A stretch of DNA of 64,000 nucleotides from Lytechinus pictus (taxonomy: Eukaryota). The position numbers were made by a program, and so were the translations under genes. The stretch is from positions 12,214,001-12,278,000 of the forward strand of contig NC_087246.1 in NCBI RefSeq assembly GCF_037042905.1, read 5' to 3'. Each line of letters begins with the position of its first letter. Within the stretch, counting starts at the first letter, position 1. The notes under the pieces were generated by a model. That model saw nothing but the letters and a program-made list of their open reading frames with translations, was not told the origin of the DNA and searched no databases. Positions 1 to 14,455 of the stretch are shown here, piece after piece.

Positions 1-2937
1 GATACAGGAAAAGAAATGGAAAAGGAAGTTGACCACGTAGCAAATTCTAAATGTAGACTTCTGGTTTGGGTCACCAAAAGCATTTTCACACGAGAGTACC
101 TAAAAAATAAAGTATGCATTCTGAACAAACTACATTTAAGTATTAACTGCAAAGAGAGGAGAGTATATTGTTGGTACTCACAAGCCAGAATCTGAATGGC
201 TTTGGAAGTGATTTTAATAATAGGTTGAAGAAACATCACTGATGCATTAAGTGCTATATAAAACTTAAAAACAGAACATTTGTTATTTGAATAGCTGAAC
301 CATGTGGTAGCTCCATAGCTGTACTGCCAAAATATAAAGAGATTGATCGATATTGCTGCAATTCCTCAGTGGAGTAATTAATAGTGCAAACAATGCAAAC
401 AGAACAAAATGGATGCGCCCACCGGCCAATGCAACTTGGATTATAAAGTTTTTAGTCGATAAATTCAAGCAAGAAAATCAAGAAATCCTGCCCAGTATTA
501 TTATTTTCATAGTTCTACTTGGTTGATTTAAAGCTTGTAGATTCATGTAAAAGTTTGATATACATGTATCTAGAAAAGGAAATAAAAGGCCTGATATGGG
601 GTTGATATTCTCAGTCTTTGGTTACATGTACATGTACACTGAATTTCTTATGTTTTTCATTATTAAGTGGTCCACCGGTCTAGAAATTGCACCTGTGACC
701 AACGGCCTCGGGCGGGCACCGATGGACCACCCGGTTTGACTCGGGCCTAGAATATTGTAAACATTCCCACTCATAATTCCTTGTTTTTAGCATGTGGGTA
801 TGGCTGAACCAACATGCTATCAATAACTTCATCAATAATTATCGCTTTTAAGTATTAAACATTAGGTAGAATTTCCATCACCCATGTTTGCTCCATCTTG
901 AGATTCTAGCCTGATAGCCCTCTTCAGGCTTAAAAAACAAACATAACTCCATTAGCTTGACTGAGTGGAGGGGGGGGGTAGAATTTTTTGCTTGAACATT
1001 GAATGTTACAATATACTTGGATTACAAAGCATACACACTTATGAACTCCTTGTTTGACTTTAAATTATCCAGAGCCAAATCCTGAGCCCTTCACCTAATG
1101 GCATACTATTTTGCTTTTTTTTTCTAACTTTGGCTGATAAAGATGAGCCTATTGTAATTTGTTCTCATGTGAAAACCCTCACTTCCGACAGGACAGAATT
1201 GGTTTCTAACAGGATGCATGTCATACCTTTCTCCTGGAACTTCAGGCAGCTGTACATGTGTACTGCACTTCACTTTTCACAGTTGAAAATAATGTAATTT
1301 TAGGGCATTTTGTATCAAGGGACGACAGATCAAACACACTTAAAATTAACATCTCCCCCTACTCTAATTAAACTTTTTCCCAACATAACACATATCACAA
1401 AATTTATTTGATATCAGTTACATATACAGCCATGCATCTTGAACTCGCCCCATCTGTGTTACTTGTACATCACCAAAATCCAATGATTGCGCACCTATCA
1501 GTACAAAAATGTTCGTAACTTTGAACAACAAAAAAAGCTCTATCCATACAAAAGTGTCATGAGGATTCAAAAATAACATTCAAATGAGGTAGGATGAACT
1601 ACTAAAAATGTTGACTTTTTAGGACCCTGAATATACTTCATGTAAAACATTAATATTTTTTCTTTGTCCATACCATTAATTTCTTGCAATATTTGGATTG
1701 CTCAAGAATTTTCCTTTGTAAATTATGTAAACTTCAAATATCCAAAATTTCTTGCTTTTTCATAAGTTTTTACTTAAAATTTCAAACCAATCGTAATTAA
1801 TTAATGATTCTATGAAGTGTATAGAGGTATCTTATTATACTGAGCCTGTTGTGTGTACCTGTATAATGAGACCAAAATCAAAGGTCTAGCCCCTTGAAAA
1901 CCAAAGTTGAGCATGTTTAGTGCTACATGTAACAATACAACAATCCCATGAGTAGCAGGTAATGTGTACCGCTTCCATCACTGTACCCTTGAGTAGTTTT
2001 CTTTTATCGAGCGCAGTGTAAAAAATTAATGTGCAAAAGCTGATACATATACCATCAACCTAATAGAGTTTATAATCAGCTTTCAAATGACACCAATTAC
2101 ATGACAATATCTCCCCGTTCATTCAAGATATCATACGTTAAACCAAACAAAATTTGAAAATGCAAAAACGACACCACCTTTTTGTGGGTTAAGTTCATGA
2201 TGCATGGCCATATAGATCTGACCCTCGAAATCATTCTGCAGATAGGGGTAAAACACCAAAATACAATAAACTTCAATAAACTACTTGCATTACTTTTAAC
2301 TCCACTACTTTAATGTACTACTACTGCCGCTGCTGCTACTACCACAACTACTACATAACAAAGCAAAAAAATGATGTTGATGATTAGGCCTTCAATTTCT
2401 ATACTTTTATGGCTAGGCCAACTTTCTGTCTAGCACATTTCTCTATCACAGCAAAATTGGAAAAATTGTGTCTTTGGATTAAATTCTCTCAACTTCCTGT
2501 GTGCTGGAGAGACAACTGGGATTACTTTTACATGGTACAAGGTACTGCAGTCAATGATCCACAAACTACCATCGAACTGAACTCATATATTCTTAATATC
2601 CTGTTATAATGAGAACATTCAACAATAAAAAAAAAAAAGCTGTTGTATTCAGGCTTGGCCTACTAATTGAAATTTCTTCAGTCAAAATAGGAGTCTCGAA
2701 ATGCATTCTTTATGTTGAAACGCCACCTCTAATATGTTTGTGCACATGCATACCAATCCTCTCAACCCTTATAGATTCCAATCCTAGGCTGTGCCCGTTT
2801 CTATATACAGTTGATTCAGAGAGTCACACATTAAACTTTCACTGCAACTGCACTTCTGTCTGTCTCTGCATTTAAGTTCTACTTCCAACTTCCAAGTATA
2901 TTAGTAACTTAAGAACCCACAATATAACATAAATTTC

Positions 2938-4200
2938 TGGCGACGAGGATGTTCTTTATTGATTTTCAATGACTGTACATGGTTTCTAAATTTGTTCCTG
3001 ATTTACTCAATACCTCCACCTTCATTTTTCTTGCAAAATTCTGGATCTCTTTTGACTCCATGGACATTACGGTTTCAAATTAAAAGTTTGAAAACTACCT
3101 GTTAGCCTCAGGAAGCAGTGACTTCTCATTTGAGAGGAAAAAGTTGCTTATTGTTTGGGAGCAGGTCAGCCAATTTTCTACTCCCTAGACATTTCTACAG
3201 CAGCATTAGAGCCACACTCTGCTCATGATGCTCAAGGAGCTACTGATGTATACCATAAGACATTAGCAGCAATAGAATCAATGTAGTCACCCAGAGATAT
3301 AGATTCAGACAAAATAAACAGAGGCCAGATGAAAACGGTGCTCAGTGGGTAGCAGCCTTGCAAGAACTTGTAATTATTGTGCTTTTGCAAAGTTGAAGGA
3401 TGAAATGTTACAACACCAGATGGTAGAAGGTTGTCACTATCCCTGTATTCTTAAGAGGCTACTGTTAGAATCGGACTTGAATCTTCAGAAATAAAGTATA
3501 CCTATAAATCGAAAATGCACAGCAAGACTCTGATGCAATTGCAAAGGGATATGAAAGTGACAATGAGAAGGTGTATGAACTACAAAGAGAGGAAACAAAA
3601 GAAGGTAGAGTGGAGGGAAGAGGAAGAGGAAGAAACAAGACAGAACAGAAAACACAGAGAAACAGTTGCAGACATTTTGGAAGTTTGTCTCATGCAGCAT
3701 TCAATGAAAGATGTACGGCAGGAAAGAGTAAATGCTACAGCTGTGGAAAGATTGGACATCGAGCCAAGGTTTGTCAGAAGAGCAGAAAAATTCACAAAGC
3801 TCATGGTAGAGCTGATGAACTTGAATCGCTAGGAGTATTGACTATGAACACTCACCCTACAAAGCCAATACTAGTAAATCATGAAGTTGAGCATTCTGAG
3901 AAAGGTTCACATGTCTATTGAGTGACACTGTCTCTCATGTGTCAATAGCTCCGCTCAGCACCTACAAGAAATAATTCCTAGTCTATGCTCCCAAGTCAGC
4001 GAATGTCAGCATTTCAGATTACTCTGAAGGAATCAGTCCAGTAGTTGGAATCTTCGAGACACAGGTAAAGGGTGTAGCTATGTCAATAATCGCCAAGATT
4101 TCCGTTGTATGTAGAGGTTCAGTGTCACTTGGCTTGGACATCTTCAACGAGTTGAAACTTATCATTGGAAGGCAGTAAGCTTTGCATTAAAACGGTCAGA
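2938..4200 (+). mobile_element. Decayed Ty3/Gypsy LTR retrotransposon internal fragment (PBS, gag with zinc knuckle, protease remnant) inside the MED15 intron
   Basis: PBS-like TGGCGACGAG at 2938; gag-like RQNKQRPDENGAQWVAALQEL near 3307-3370; CX2CX4HX4C knuckle CYSCGKIGHRAKVC at 3733-3774; LGLDIF protease-end-like motif near 4128; stops and frameshifts throughout. Confidence 0.75.
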
Positions 4201-5432
4201 GCTGATTCTCCTACACCCACGTCACAGTTGGCATTGTCTTCATCAAGTGATATCCCACAGGGATTTCCTACTTTGTTTTCACCAGGTCTTGGATGTGCAT
4301 ACAACTTCAAAGATCATGTTAAAGTATAAACTGTTGTTGAAGAAATTGACCCCATACCAGCCATCAACCTGTGGTGCACTTCCGAAGCTTGATCAAGGAG
4401 ACCAGAATGGGTCCGCAGCAGGTGACTCTATGTCAGAAAGTGATTCTGACATTCCATATGACAATGAGGACGCCACTGCCACCCACAGTGAAGCTGATTG
4501 AAGGACAGTCACTCATAACAGTATTGGTCTGACAGAAACGTCTGATAGACTCACTTCCTGAGCTACATCATGTATAGCAAGATTTTTAATATCTTCTTGT
4601 ATTCCCTTGCATTTTTTCTATGTAATTGTTCATGCTCTCTAAGTCTTATTAGTGGTCAACTAACTAATTTTTCACCTAGGTAATTCCAAGCCATGATTAT
4701 ATCTTACATGTAGCAGGTGTATTATGCAGAAAAAGAATACACAGCCAGATCTTTTTTACTATGTATAAAAAAGCGAAGTTCATGTTGTTATTAAACTAAG
4801 TGACAGAGTCTGTTTTATTTATGTTGTCTTTCTGATCTTTTTGAGGAATAACCTCGAGTACAGTAAGATTTCCTTGCCAAGACTTACCAATTCATAATCT
4901 GCAATGGCTGCCTGGTATGGACACCTAACTCCTTATGTGTGTGTGTGTGTGTGCGTCACAGTCTCTCCATTGCATTACAACAATATTGTTGAGGAAAACA
5001 GAAAATGACTTCAGACCCCACTGTCTATTTTGCCAACACGTCTTACAGTTAATTTAGAATTTTGGATGTTGTTATCAATATTGTGTATCATTTGGGATGA
5101 TTATTGACTCAAATAAGGCTTGTGATTACATTTATTTGTAATAATATAAGCCGAAGAACACAATTGCAGAAAATATTAGAGTAACATTTTTTTTTTACTT
5201 CACTCACATTAATATTCATTTGACTAGACTTCAGTCTTATTTCAATTTTTATATTAAAAATCTGGGCCACCGAAGATTCCATTTGGCCACCTGAATTTCT
5301 TAGTCAAGGGGCCCTGCTGGCCACCATTAAAAAAAAAGTCAAGCCGTGCATACAATTTCATTCAGGTTTCAATCTAAAGTTTCCTGGAATTATACTAAAC
5401 CTTTAAATTGAATATTTCATCTCAGGGGGACC

Positions 5433-5622
5433 TAGTCTACAAATGTAGACCCACATCTGCAGTGTCTGTACCACAGCTGATTCAAGGAGTCTGCATAGCA
5501 GACTAGGTCTACTATGGCTCGCTTCGCTCACCCTTTCAGGCTGGTTTCGCAAACCAGCAGCAGCGCACTTCGCGCGCTGAGATCCCACCTCACGAGCCAT
5601 TCAGATTCTGCATAGCAGACTA
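5433..5622. mobile_element. Small non-autonomous hAT-like element
   Basis: Termini TAGTCT...AGACTA flanked by 8-bp direct repeat GGGGGACC (5425-5432 and 5623-5630). Confidence 0.65.
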
Positions 5623-5678
5623 GGGGGACCCCTAAAATGGTTAATCCTGAATGTGAATTTGAATTCCATTAATCTTAC

Positions 5679-5766
5679 CCTATCCCTGGCCCGGTTGAAG
5701 ATATGTTCCTCCAGCTCACTACCTGATTTCTCAATAGGGTTGCAGGCATCTCGTAGAGCATCATTG
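5679..5766 (-). CDS. MED15: Mediator subunit 15, coding exon 2 (KIX domain)
   Basis: 88-nt exon between tttctctttgtAG and GTaaga; joined to exon 1 it reads INDALRDACNPIEKSGSELEEHIFNRARDR, matching the MED15 KIX segment IEDAMRK...SKDMESHVFLKAKTR; later exons not found in the window. Confidence 0.88.
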
Positions 5767-6612
5767 CTACAAAGAGAAATACAAAAATGGACAACTTGGT
5801 TAGCACAACAAACTAGACAGAATGCATTGCCAATGCTTCAGAAGAAAAGTTGATAAAAGCTAATAATATTCCTATCAAAGGGAAAGAAAATATTTCATAG
5901 TAATTTTCCAAATATCTAAAAATATCTTTCATTTTTTTCTTGAACTATTATTCACTTTATTTTGTATTACTTTCAAATTCTAGTGACTGTCCTTATTTTT
6001 GTCAAGCATTTCAGGTACGTTTTAAAAAATTCAAGGCTTAAAGTGTTTGATCCAAGGCCACAAATACCATGGCAGTGGATGTGGATGCCAAGGTTATACC
6101 TAAATGCCCCTCACATTGACCTTGACGATTTTAATTCATCATTTCCAATTCTTCATGTTGTAAATATAGGAATGAGCTAAACATGAAAATGATGTTATCC
6201 TAAAATACTAGAATTTAAGTCTTTTGTTTTATTTTGTAATATTTTAATCTATTTTTTCGTCTTAGAATTAAGTGATTATATATAATTAGTATAATACTGC
6301 TAATTATTTATAATCACGTAATAAATTTTAGTATTTGTGAAATAGTAATCTTTATCTATAAATTGTTCTTCAAAACGGCATCGCTAATCGGATGTACGTC
6401 ATACGTGATAATACGCCAACGGCAGTCTGTAGGCCTACTTTACAGGAAGAAGAAGATACATAAGCGGTTCAAGGGTCGACGCTATTTGTTTGCGTTGTTT
6501 ACATGTGGATCGAGGGATCTACGCGACATCAGTCTGGTAAGAAACCTTCATTTTTAAACATTTTTAGGGAACATTTTTTTAAACCTTCCTATGCATTAGG
6601 CGTAGGAAGGTG

Positions 6613-7059
6613 TAGACAGCTGGCAGCCGTCTGTTTCGAGGAGTTTTTTAACTTTTTTTTTTTTTTTTTTTTCTCCTCGTACACAGACGGCTCGCTAGCG
6701 TGCAGCCACCATTAGGGGACTTGCAATGCAAAATCCCCCCGTCGGGGCTCTTCAATTTTTGTCTTTAATGAATAAAAATTTTGAAAATTAACGCGACCAA
6801 AATGCAAATTAATATTCCCTCTTGGCATTAATTGCCCAAAAATGGAGAAAAATCAAGTTAAAAGGAACAAAAACAGTGACTTACCTCGGCTGTCGCGCAA
6901 ATTCACTTCCCCGTTTTATCCGATCTTAAGTACATAAACAAATGGCCATTGAGTCCCCTGTACAGATCGCGCTAGAACTTCGGTCTCTGTATTTGGTGAG
7001 TGAAGCCAACGGAGTTCAGCTGAACAACCAACATAACAGAGACCGAAGCTTTTGGTCTA
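6613..7059 (+). mobile_element. Non-autonomous DNA transposon with 9-bp TSD, copy 1 of 3
   Basis: Termini TAGAC...GTCTA; TSD AGGAAGGTG on both sides; near-identical to 22303-22747 and to an inverted partial copy at about 24355-24780. Confidence 0.8.
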
Positions 7060-7409
7060 AGGAAGGTGTAGAAATTAATAAAATCAACCTATTTTACATG
7101 ATTCTTTTATGAAAAGATGGAAATCCATCTTTATTTACGTGGGTCTCTTATACGGGCAGGGGTTCAAGACTCCAATGATGAAGAAGTATATGTCAAAGGA
7201 TTTTAAAAAGACATCATCTTGGAGTCCTCAAGACTAGTAAATTTCAACCACTGGGTTCAGGATCTTTGAACTCCGCGCCTGCAGCTTCTCACTCACACTC
7301 ACAGTCGACAGTGCAGTTCACTGTTGTTATTTCACAGGCTCCAGCGCTGCCGCGCTTGCCGAACAAACCCGTCAAACTGCAAGCATAGATCTACAAAACA
7401 ACGACTTAC

Positions 7410-7516
7410 ATTTGTCCAACGACTTTTGATCTAAATTGAGTTGCTCTCCAATTCCCATCTTGCCCTGCTCCTCCTGCTCCCGTAGCACCTATTCCTCCAG
7501 CTCCAGGTGTCGTCAT
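7410..7516 (-). CDS. MED15: Mediator subunit 15, coding exon 1
   Basis: ATG at 7516; MTTPGAGGIGATGAGGAGQDGNWRATQFRSKVVGQ followed by GTaagt (phase 2, compatible with exon 2); resembles MED15 DWRSTAFRQKLVSQI. Confidence 0.88.
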
Positions 7517-9205
7517 TTCGTGTAAATTTTCAGGTTTTCTAACAATAATAACAAGTTTATTGCATGAGAAATCTCAGTTTCTTGTACCGTCCAAATCTGA
7601 CGACGCGAGAAATTGTATGGTGAAGGTAAATCGAAACAGCCAATTGCAAAATTGAATGAGATATTACAAATATTGGAGCTAGCACAACGAAGCAATAGCC
7701 CGGCGCTCTAAGATATGTGCAGGCGGGGTGAATGTGATTATCTTTATCATTATCAAAAAAATGAAAAAAATTAAAAAATGAAATACTGTTTACAACTTTA
7801 ACAATCTGAAAGGTGCAAATTCATCTAAATACCTTTTAAAAAAATGCTTGATTTTGGCAATTTTCCATTCCAAAGCACGACATTAATAACTAGCTCGGTC
7901 ACTCCGCTCTATTGCTTAATTTTGTGTTGAAAAAAAAAAGAAAAAAAAGTTTTCACTACAAAACCAAGGTCATTGTGCTTACATGGGGCCAGTACTGCCT
8001 ATGCATGGAGAATAATGCACGCAGCACCCCCAGGAAAAGCACCCGGATCCAGCATCCCCGCTTCCCAGGGCCGTCGATACATGCTTTAAAAAAACAATAA
8101 AGTAAATGAGGGGTATAACTAATTACCCTACATTGGCACCTTTGGGAGGGGGGGGGGGTATGTTAGGCCTTACCCATGCTTCAGGGAAAATGCATAATGA
8201 GTTATACTGATGACACCAAACACCCGCCAACCCCCCCCCCCTCCCCCACTAGGATACGCCTATGCTCGTTCCCTTCCTTTAAAAGAACCCCCCCCCCCCC
8301 ATCTCATGCATGTCTGCCAAAATTTCTGAACCCCCTTTCGCGGGCTTTTCCTGCCTTGGAGACCCCCCTAAATCCGGAACACTGCTCAATGTACCCCCCC
8401 CCCCCCCATCTCAGGTGAGCTCTCATTCCAACCCCCTATCTCAGGACAGACAGCCCCCCCCCCCCCCCTTCATCTCAGGTAAGCTGTCATTACAATAATA
8501 GAGGTTCCCTGATGTCATGATCGGAGGACAAAACAATAGCAAAACCATGCATGAAAACAATAACTTTTCATAGTCTGATGTACAGGTTTTTATTGTTTGT
8601 CCTCCAATATGGCTGTTTGTGGGAAACCTCTATACCTTAGGAAAGATTTTTTGATGTTCAGAAAGAGATTTCAGAACTCAAATAATGCAGTCATAATTTA
8701 TAAGGTTGGCAGCCACGTACAGTACCCGCAACGTTCTGCTGTTATCTCTCTCGCAGATTTCGAGAAGTCCGTACTATCATGGACCTATACGTCCATGGTA
8801 CTATCGAGTCGATCGTGGGGGACTATGTTTTTACTTTTCAAAATGAAATAATCCTGATAACCCCCTTTTTAAATTTCTCAGGAGTCCAGAGAGAGAGAAA
8901 AAACACTTTAAAGAAATCTCGGGGTGAAAAGTCAAATACACCCCCTTTTTTTACAATTCGCGGGCCGGACATGTCCCGCGAAAAAGTACCCCTTTACCGC
9001 ACATTTTGGGAACACGCATGCGGTCCCTCCGACCCCGGAGTGGGGGGGGGGGGGGCGGGACCACACACCCCACACACTAAGAAATATATCGGGGTGCAAG
9101 AAAGGTGCAACTTTGCGGGAAAGAGGTGCAGAGCGAGTATTCAGCGAGTATTCGAGCATAGTTGCACCTTTCACTCGCCACCGCGCCTGCGCAGGCCCGT
9201 AGTGG

Positions 9206-10621
9206 CCACTGGGCATTTTACCCGATTACCCGGGTTGTAACAGGTAATAACATAGTTATTACCGCGGTAACACCAGTGGGTAGTAACGGGGAAATAGTAG
9301 ACCAATCTTTCCCCGTTATTACCCGGACCCGATATTACTCCATTTACCCAATATTACCCAGTATGATGTAACCGATATTTTCAGCATTTTAATGATATCA
9401 CCACCTCATATTACTCTGTTTACCCAATATTACCCAATTAATGTCGGCTCATTAAAAAAACAATTAGTGTCATTAGGGTCATTGAAGCACATTTTTACAA
9501 CTCCATACTCTAAGCCATATCATCTTATCCTATCCTAAAATCCTACATCCTAATCCTAATCCTATCCTACACCTATCCACCAAACCCTGTCATTTACTTC
9601 TATATATTGAGCGAGTTTACAACACTTGACAAATTATGGTTAACAATTATTCAACCCTAAAACATTTTTCTAAAATTAATGTCATGATTATGACTAATAT
9701 GATATATGCGTGTGCGTGTATTTGAGTTTTGTCAGACGTGTATCAATCAGATATGATTATTTACGTCTGGGACCGACCTTTAACGTCACCATCCGAAAGA
9801 CGTGACCAGGGCTCGAACCTCGAACCTCTGCATCAATTTGTAACTTCCCCACATAGCTTGGATTACAGGCGCACGCCACAACTACATAAACTACACATTT
9901 TTCTGAAAATTTTCTGGGTGGAATAATTGCATAAACATAAACACATTAATTATTACAGCTATATTAGCTAAAATTTTGGCCATTTATTGTAGTAATGAAT
10001 ATATTCATGAGTAACTAATATTCCCAGCATTTTCCTGATATTACCATCTGATATTACTCCATTTACCCAATATTAATGGGTTCCGCATGGGTTGGAGGTC
10101 TCGTTTCCATCTGAGTCCTATCTGGGCACCATGTGGGTTCAAGTATATGTTTTCATCTGGGTTCCATGTGGGCCCATATGGGACCCAGATATCCCAGATA
10201 AGAACCGTATGTGATCCAGATACTTTGCTGTCTGGGAATGGAAGCGTTTCAACATTACCCATTACCCCTTATCAACCTGTTTGTAACTGGGTAAAATGTT
10301 GGTTTCATCAGGGTGATAACAGTAATTTTTTGGACTTTGAAAATTTCGCTGGGATTGCTGTAAGATTGCTCTTATTACTAAAGTTTGCAATGTTATAACC
10401 AATCAAAGTCATTCAACATTACCCTTATTACCCCTCATCACCCTGTTGTAACTAGGTAAATGTAGGTTTCATCAGGGTGATAACAGTAACAGGTATCAAC
10501 AGGAATTATAATTTCGGTAATAACATGGTAATAACGGTAATATTTGGTGTTACTCAAATTTCCGGGTGATATTACCGGTAATAACCGGTAAAATTGGTAA
10601 TCGGTAACAAATTGCCCAGTG
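9206..10621. mobile_element. TIR element with ATTACC-rich subterminal repeats, hosting nested insertions
   Basis: CCACTGGGCA at 9206 and TGCCCAGTGG ending at 10621; many attacc/ggtaat motifs near both ends. Confidence 0.55.
9718..9882 (-). mobile_element. SINE with 7SL/Alu-domain-like head, copy 1 (slightly 5' truncated)
   Basis: Minus strand reads GTTGTGGCGTGCGCCTGTAATCCAAGCTA..., then B-box GGTTCGAGCCC and a CA-rich tail; second copy at 51706-51875. Confidence 0.6.
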
Positions 10622-10891
10622 GGGGAGTGCAAGTTTGAACCTAGCGTAAAGTCGAGGTTCCTGCCATACTTCATCTTTATCAAAATGCTCGCAAAGTTGA
10701 ACCCGCGGCTTGGCAATGAAAACAACTTTTTCATGTTTGTGTGTGTGAGGGTGCGTGTGTGAGGGTGTGTGTGTAAGAATGTGCGTCTTGTATACGTGTA
10801 ATGACAATAAAACTATATTTCTACTTTCGAAATAAAATCACTGACTCTGAAAACGTGTCAAGTTGATCTGTGGCAACAGGCGCAGTCTTAG

Positions 10892-11504
10892 AGGTCAAGT
10901 CCACCCCAGGAAAATGTTGATTTTTCATGAATAGAGAAAAATCAAACCAGCATATTGCTGAAAATTTTATCAAAATCGGATGTAAAATAAGAAAGTTATG
11001 GCATAATATTAACATTTCGCTTATTTTTCACAAAACAGTGATAAAATTATGTACAACTCAGTGACATGCAAATAAGTCAGTCGATGATGTCCATCACTCA
11101 CTATTTCTGTTGTTTTTTATTGTTTGAATTATACATTACTTGATTTTTTTTAAATAGATTTAAAAATAAGGAACAACTTGACTGAACCATATAGTATTAA
11201 ACAATGCTAATTCCACATGTTCAGGGAGGAATCATTGTTGTTTCACTTGACAATGAGGAGAAAATTAGAATATTTCATATAATGAAATACAAAAGAAATA
11301 GTGAGTGGATGACGTCATCAATCTCCTCATTTGCATACCAGCCAGTAGGTGCATATAAAATAATGTTCTGTGAAATTAAGCGAAACTTTAAAATGTCATA
11401 GCTTTCTTATTTCACATCCGATTTTGATGAAAATTTCAGTGTTATGTTTGTTGGATTTTTCTCTTTTTATTCAAATCAACTTTTTGTTGGGGTGTACTTG
11501 TCCT
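10892..11504. mobile_element. TTAA-targeting (Kolobok-like) MITE family A, copy 1
   Basis: TIR AGGTCAAGTCCACCCC / GGGGTGTACTTGTCCT with TTAG/TTAA flanks; homologous to 13164-13753 and 37917-38496. Confidence 0.75.
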
Positions 11505-11564
11505 TTAAGTTCAACTTGGCACCTTTAAAAGTGCAGACCGGATGTCACAATGGGAGCACCTTAA

Positions 11565-12160
11565 AGGGGAATCCAGCCTTGGCCATAAACTGTTGTGTTG
11601 GGAAGGAGAAAAATAAATTAAACAGAATGGTGAAAGTTTGAAAGAAATCGGACAAGCAATAAGAAAGTTATAGCTGCTTTAAAATTGAGATCACTAATAC
11701 TATGTAGATTTCAAATTGGCAACTGAGTAAGTAACTATATGACAAGGGGCAAGGACAACTTTCCCATAGGCCATGTACTTTATTATCAGGGATTTGTGGT
11801 TTTCTCCTAAGTACCCATTCCCCTGGGGCAGCAATCTAAATATAACCCAGGTAGTATATTGTTTTATGTCCTCATGAAAAAAATATATAATTTGAAATAA
11901 AACTTTTGGGGAAAATGACATTTTAGACATAATATGTATTGGAGTACATGGAAGAGTAGTCCTTGCCTTACATCACTATGACATCCCATATGTGGCCAAT
12001 CTGAAGTCTCCATGGGTATAGTGATTACCAATATTTACAACATTTAAAAATTCATAACTTTCTTGTTGTTTGTCCAATATTGTTCAAACTTTCACCTATC
12101 AACTTGTCTGATTTTTCTTTTCCTTATAAAAACAAGTTTTTATTTGGGTTGGATTCCCCT
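11565..12160. mobile_element. TTAA-targeting (Kolobok-like) MITE family B, copy 1
   Basis: TIR AGGGGAATCCA / TGGATTCCCCT with TTAA on both sides; inverted copy at about 37548-38768. Confidence 0.8.
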
Positions 12161-13163
12161 TTAAGGTTTAACTTTGTACCTTTCTTGATGCAAATAAGCA
12201 CATCTTGGGTGGTATTCTGCACCTTATAGGTGCTAATTTGGGGAAGAGTTCCGTATGAACCCCCATAAAATCGAAACTAAAAATATGGAGAAGATTCAAG
12301 ACAATATAATTTTATATAGCCCTGATATAGAACATGATATGATGGGAGAGTGGAGATGCGTACCAAAATATGGCTTTATTCCGTCAAATGTTCGAGCAGG
12401 ATCGAGTGCGTATAATAATATTGTCCATAATCCCATCGCCGGGAGACATCGGTTTATTTAGTCGGTAAAGGATGTATATAAGTCCAAACTAGTCAAACTG
12501 TCATGATTGCTAAAAAAGACCTTCTGGTATCAGCGCTTCTCGTTAGTATAGCTGGAAGAGGTCTTGACTGTAGTTACAACGAGATGAGTTTGAGTCCCAA
12601 GCAAGGGAAGCAACACCTATAAAAATCCATAGAAAAATCTGAAGTGAACAAACCGGAAGTCCTGACATTCTTTTGTTATTATTGGTGGGGGTGCATATGG
12701 AACTATTTCCCTAATTTTCAGAGGTGCAAAGTTGCACCTTTCCAAAAAGGTACACAGTTGCATCTTAAAGGTGCGCCCAGCAGAGTGATCGACATCTGCA
12801 TGGGGGCCGTAACGGTAACACAAAGCTTCGTAATGATCGTATATTTTTTTATTACGTTTGATTCCATTGACTACAATGTACAATCAATCGTAAAAATCAA
12901 GCGTACGATCAATCGCTAACCTTTGTGTTCCAGGACCCTGGTCTGTACCTTTAAAAGTGCAAAGTTGAACCTATTTTTCTTAGTGTGCAATCAATGCTAA
13001 TAAAATACCTTTGATATTGATATCCCCCACATAAATTATATACGGCTTATCCAAAACGTATAAACAATCTAGTACTTCAAAAACCTGAATGAATTTTTGT
13101 TTATAATTCTAAAGACTGTATGCAGTAACGTCTAGCTCAAGCATCTGTTGTTGGAACTTTTAA

Positions 13164-13753
13164 AGGACAAGTCCACCCCGACAAAAAGTTGATTTGAATA
13201 AATGAAAAAAATCCAACAAGCATAACACTGAAAATTTCATCAAAATCGGATGAAAAATAAGAAAGTTATGACATTTTTTGCTTAATTTCACAAAACAGTT
13301 CTTGGTCGGTATGCAAATGAGCAGACTGATGACGTCATCCACTCACTATTTCTTTTGTATTTTATTATATGAAATATGAAATATTTAAATTTTTCCTCGT
13401 TGTCAACTGAAACAACGTTTAATTCCTCCCTGAACATGTAGAATTAGCATTGTTTAATACTATATGGCTCAGTCAAGTTTGTCCTTAGTGTCAAATCTGC
13501 AAAAAATGAAATATTGTTTAAATCAAACAATAAAAAACAAAAGAAATAGTGAGTGAAGGACATCATCAACTGTCTCATTTGCATGTCACTAAGTTGTGCA
13601 TATCCTTGTTTTGTGAAAAAAAAATTAAGCGAAACTTTAAAATGTCATATCTTTCTTATTTTACATCCGATTTTGATGAAATTTTCAGCGTTATGCTAGT
13701 TTGATTTGTCTTTATTTACTCAAATCAACATTTTTCTGGGGTGGACTTGACCT
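13164..13753. mobile_element. TTAA-targeting MITE family A, copy 2
   Basis: TIR AGGACAAGTCCACCCC / GGGGTGGACTTGACCT with TTAA TSD. Confidence 0.8.
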
Positions 13754-14160
13754 TTAATTAAGTAAATTGTTTAAACTTTTTAAAACAATTTATTTTGGGG
13801 GTTAAAGCAGTGGCTGCTGGAATCGCAGGCTTGAGCTCAGCAGCGGTAACTGAACATTATGTTTTTCAGTCTTTTTTCTCCCTGTATATGTTTTATATTG
13901 ATTTATTGTATGAAGATGGTGCCCCACCCAGGGGCGGATCCAATTTTCACCCATGGGGGGAGCCGAAAAATTTTTTCACCCACATTTTTCCTGATCGGCC
14001 GCTCAAACATGATAGAATTCAGGATAAGTCTATTACATACGCAGTGTATTATTTTGACACGAAATATAATCAGAAAAATTAAAAACCAAGCGACTAAAAA
14101 ATATCAAACGCAACTTGATTTTAACTTACGGTTGATTTCTGGAGTTGTATTTAAACATTC

Positions 14161-14455
14161 TAGCGTATTTCAGCATCTACATGCGCAGACACTTTCTGCA
14201 ACGTTCAGAATCTATTGAAAATTCCCGTCGAATCACAAATGATAGATTCGGGGTCATTATCGAAAGTTATCGGACAGTACATCGTCTTAAGATCCGGACG
14301 GGACAAAACATTGCAAATATGTCGTTTGCCAAGGTCCATGACGACACTGCTGTTTTGATTCACCGATTTTCGACAAAGGCTTCTTTGTTATGAAGGGCTT
14401 TTGACCAAATATTATCTGCGTTATAGAAAGCGTCTGCAAAGTGATTGCTAAAATG
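14161..14455. repeat. Dispersed inverted-repeat element
   Basis: Ends imperfectly complementary; diverged reverse-complement copy at about 56083-56361. Confidence 0.55.

Noticed and set aside
4888-4924. Possible MED15 exon 3 (AG...GTaagt on the minus strand)
   Set aside because: Contains a stop in the required phase 0 and does not resemble the expected DEYLSLVARL segment
8140-9240. Pro- and Gly-rich ORFs
   Set aside because: Generated by poly-C and poly-G runs in repeat-derived DNA
12536-12607. tRNA-Asp-like start (CTCGTTAGTATAG)
   Set aside because: Stems do not pair and the B box is degenerate; at most an old SINE remnant
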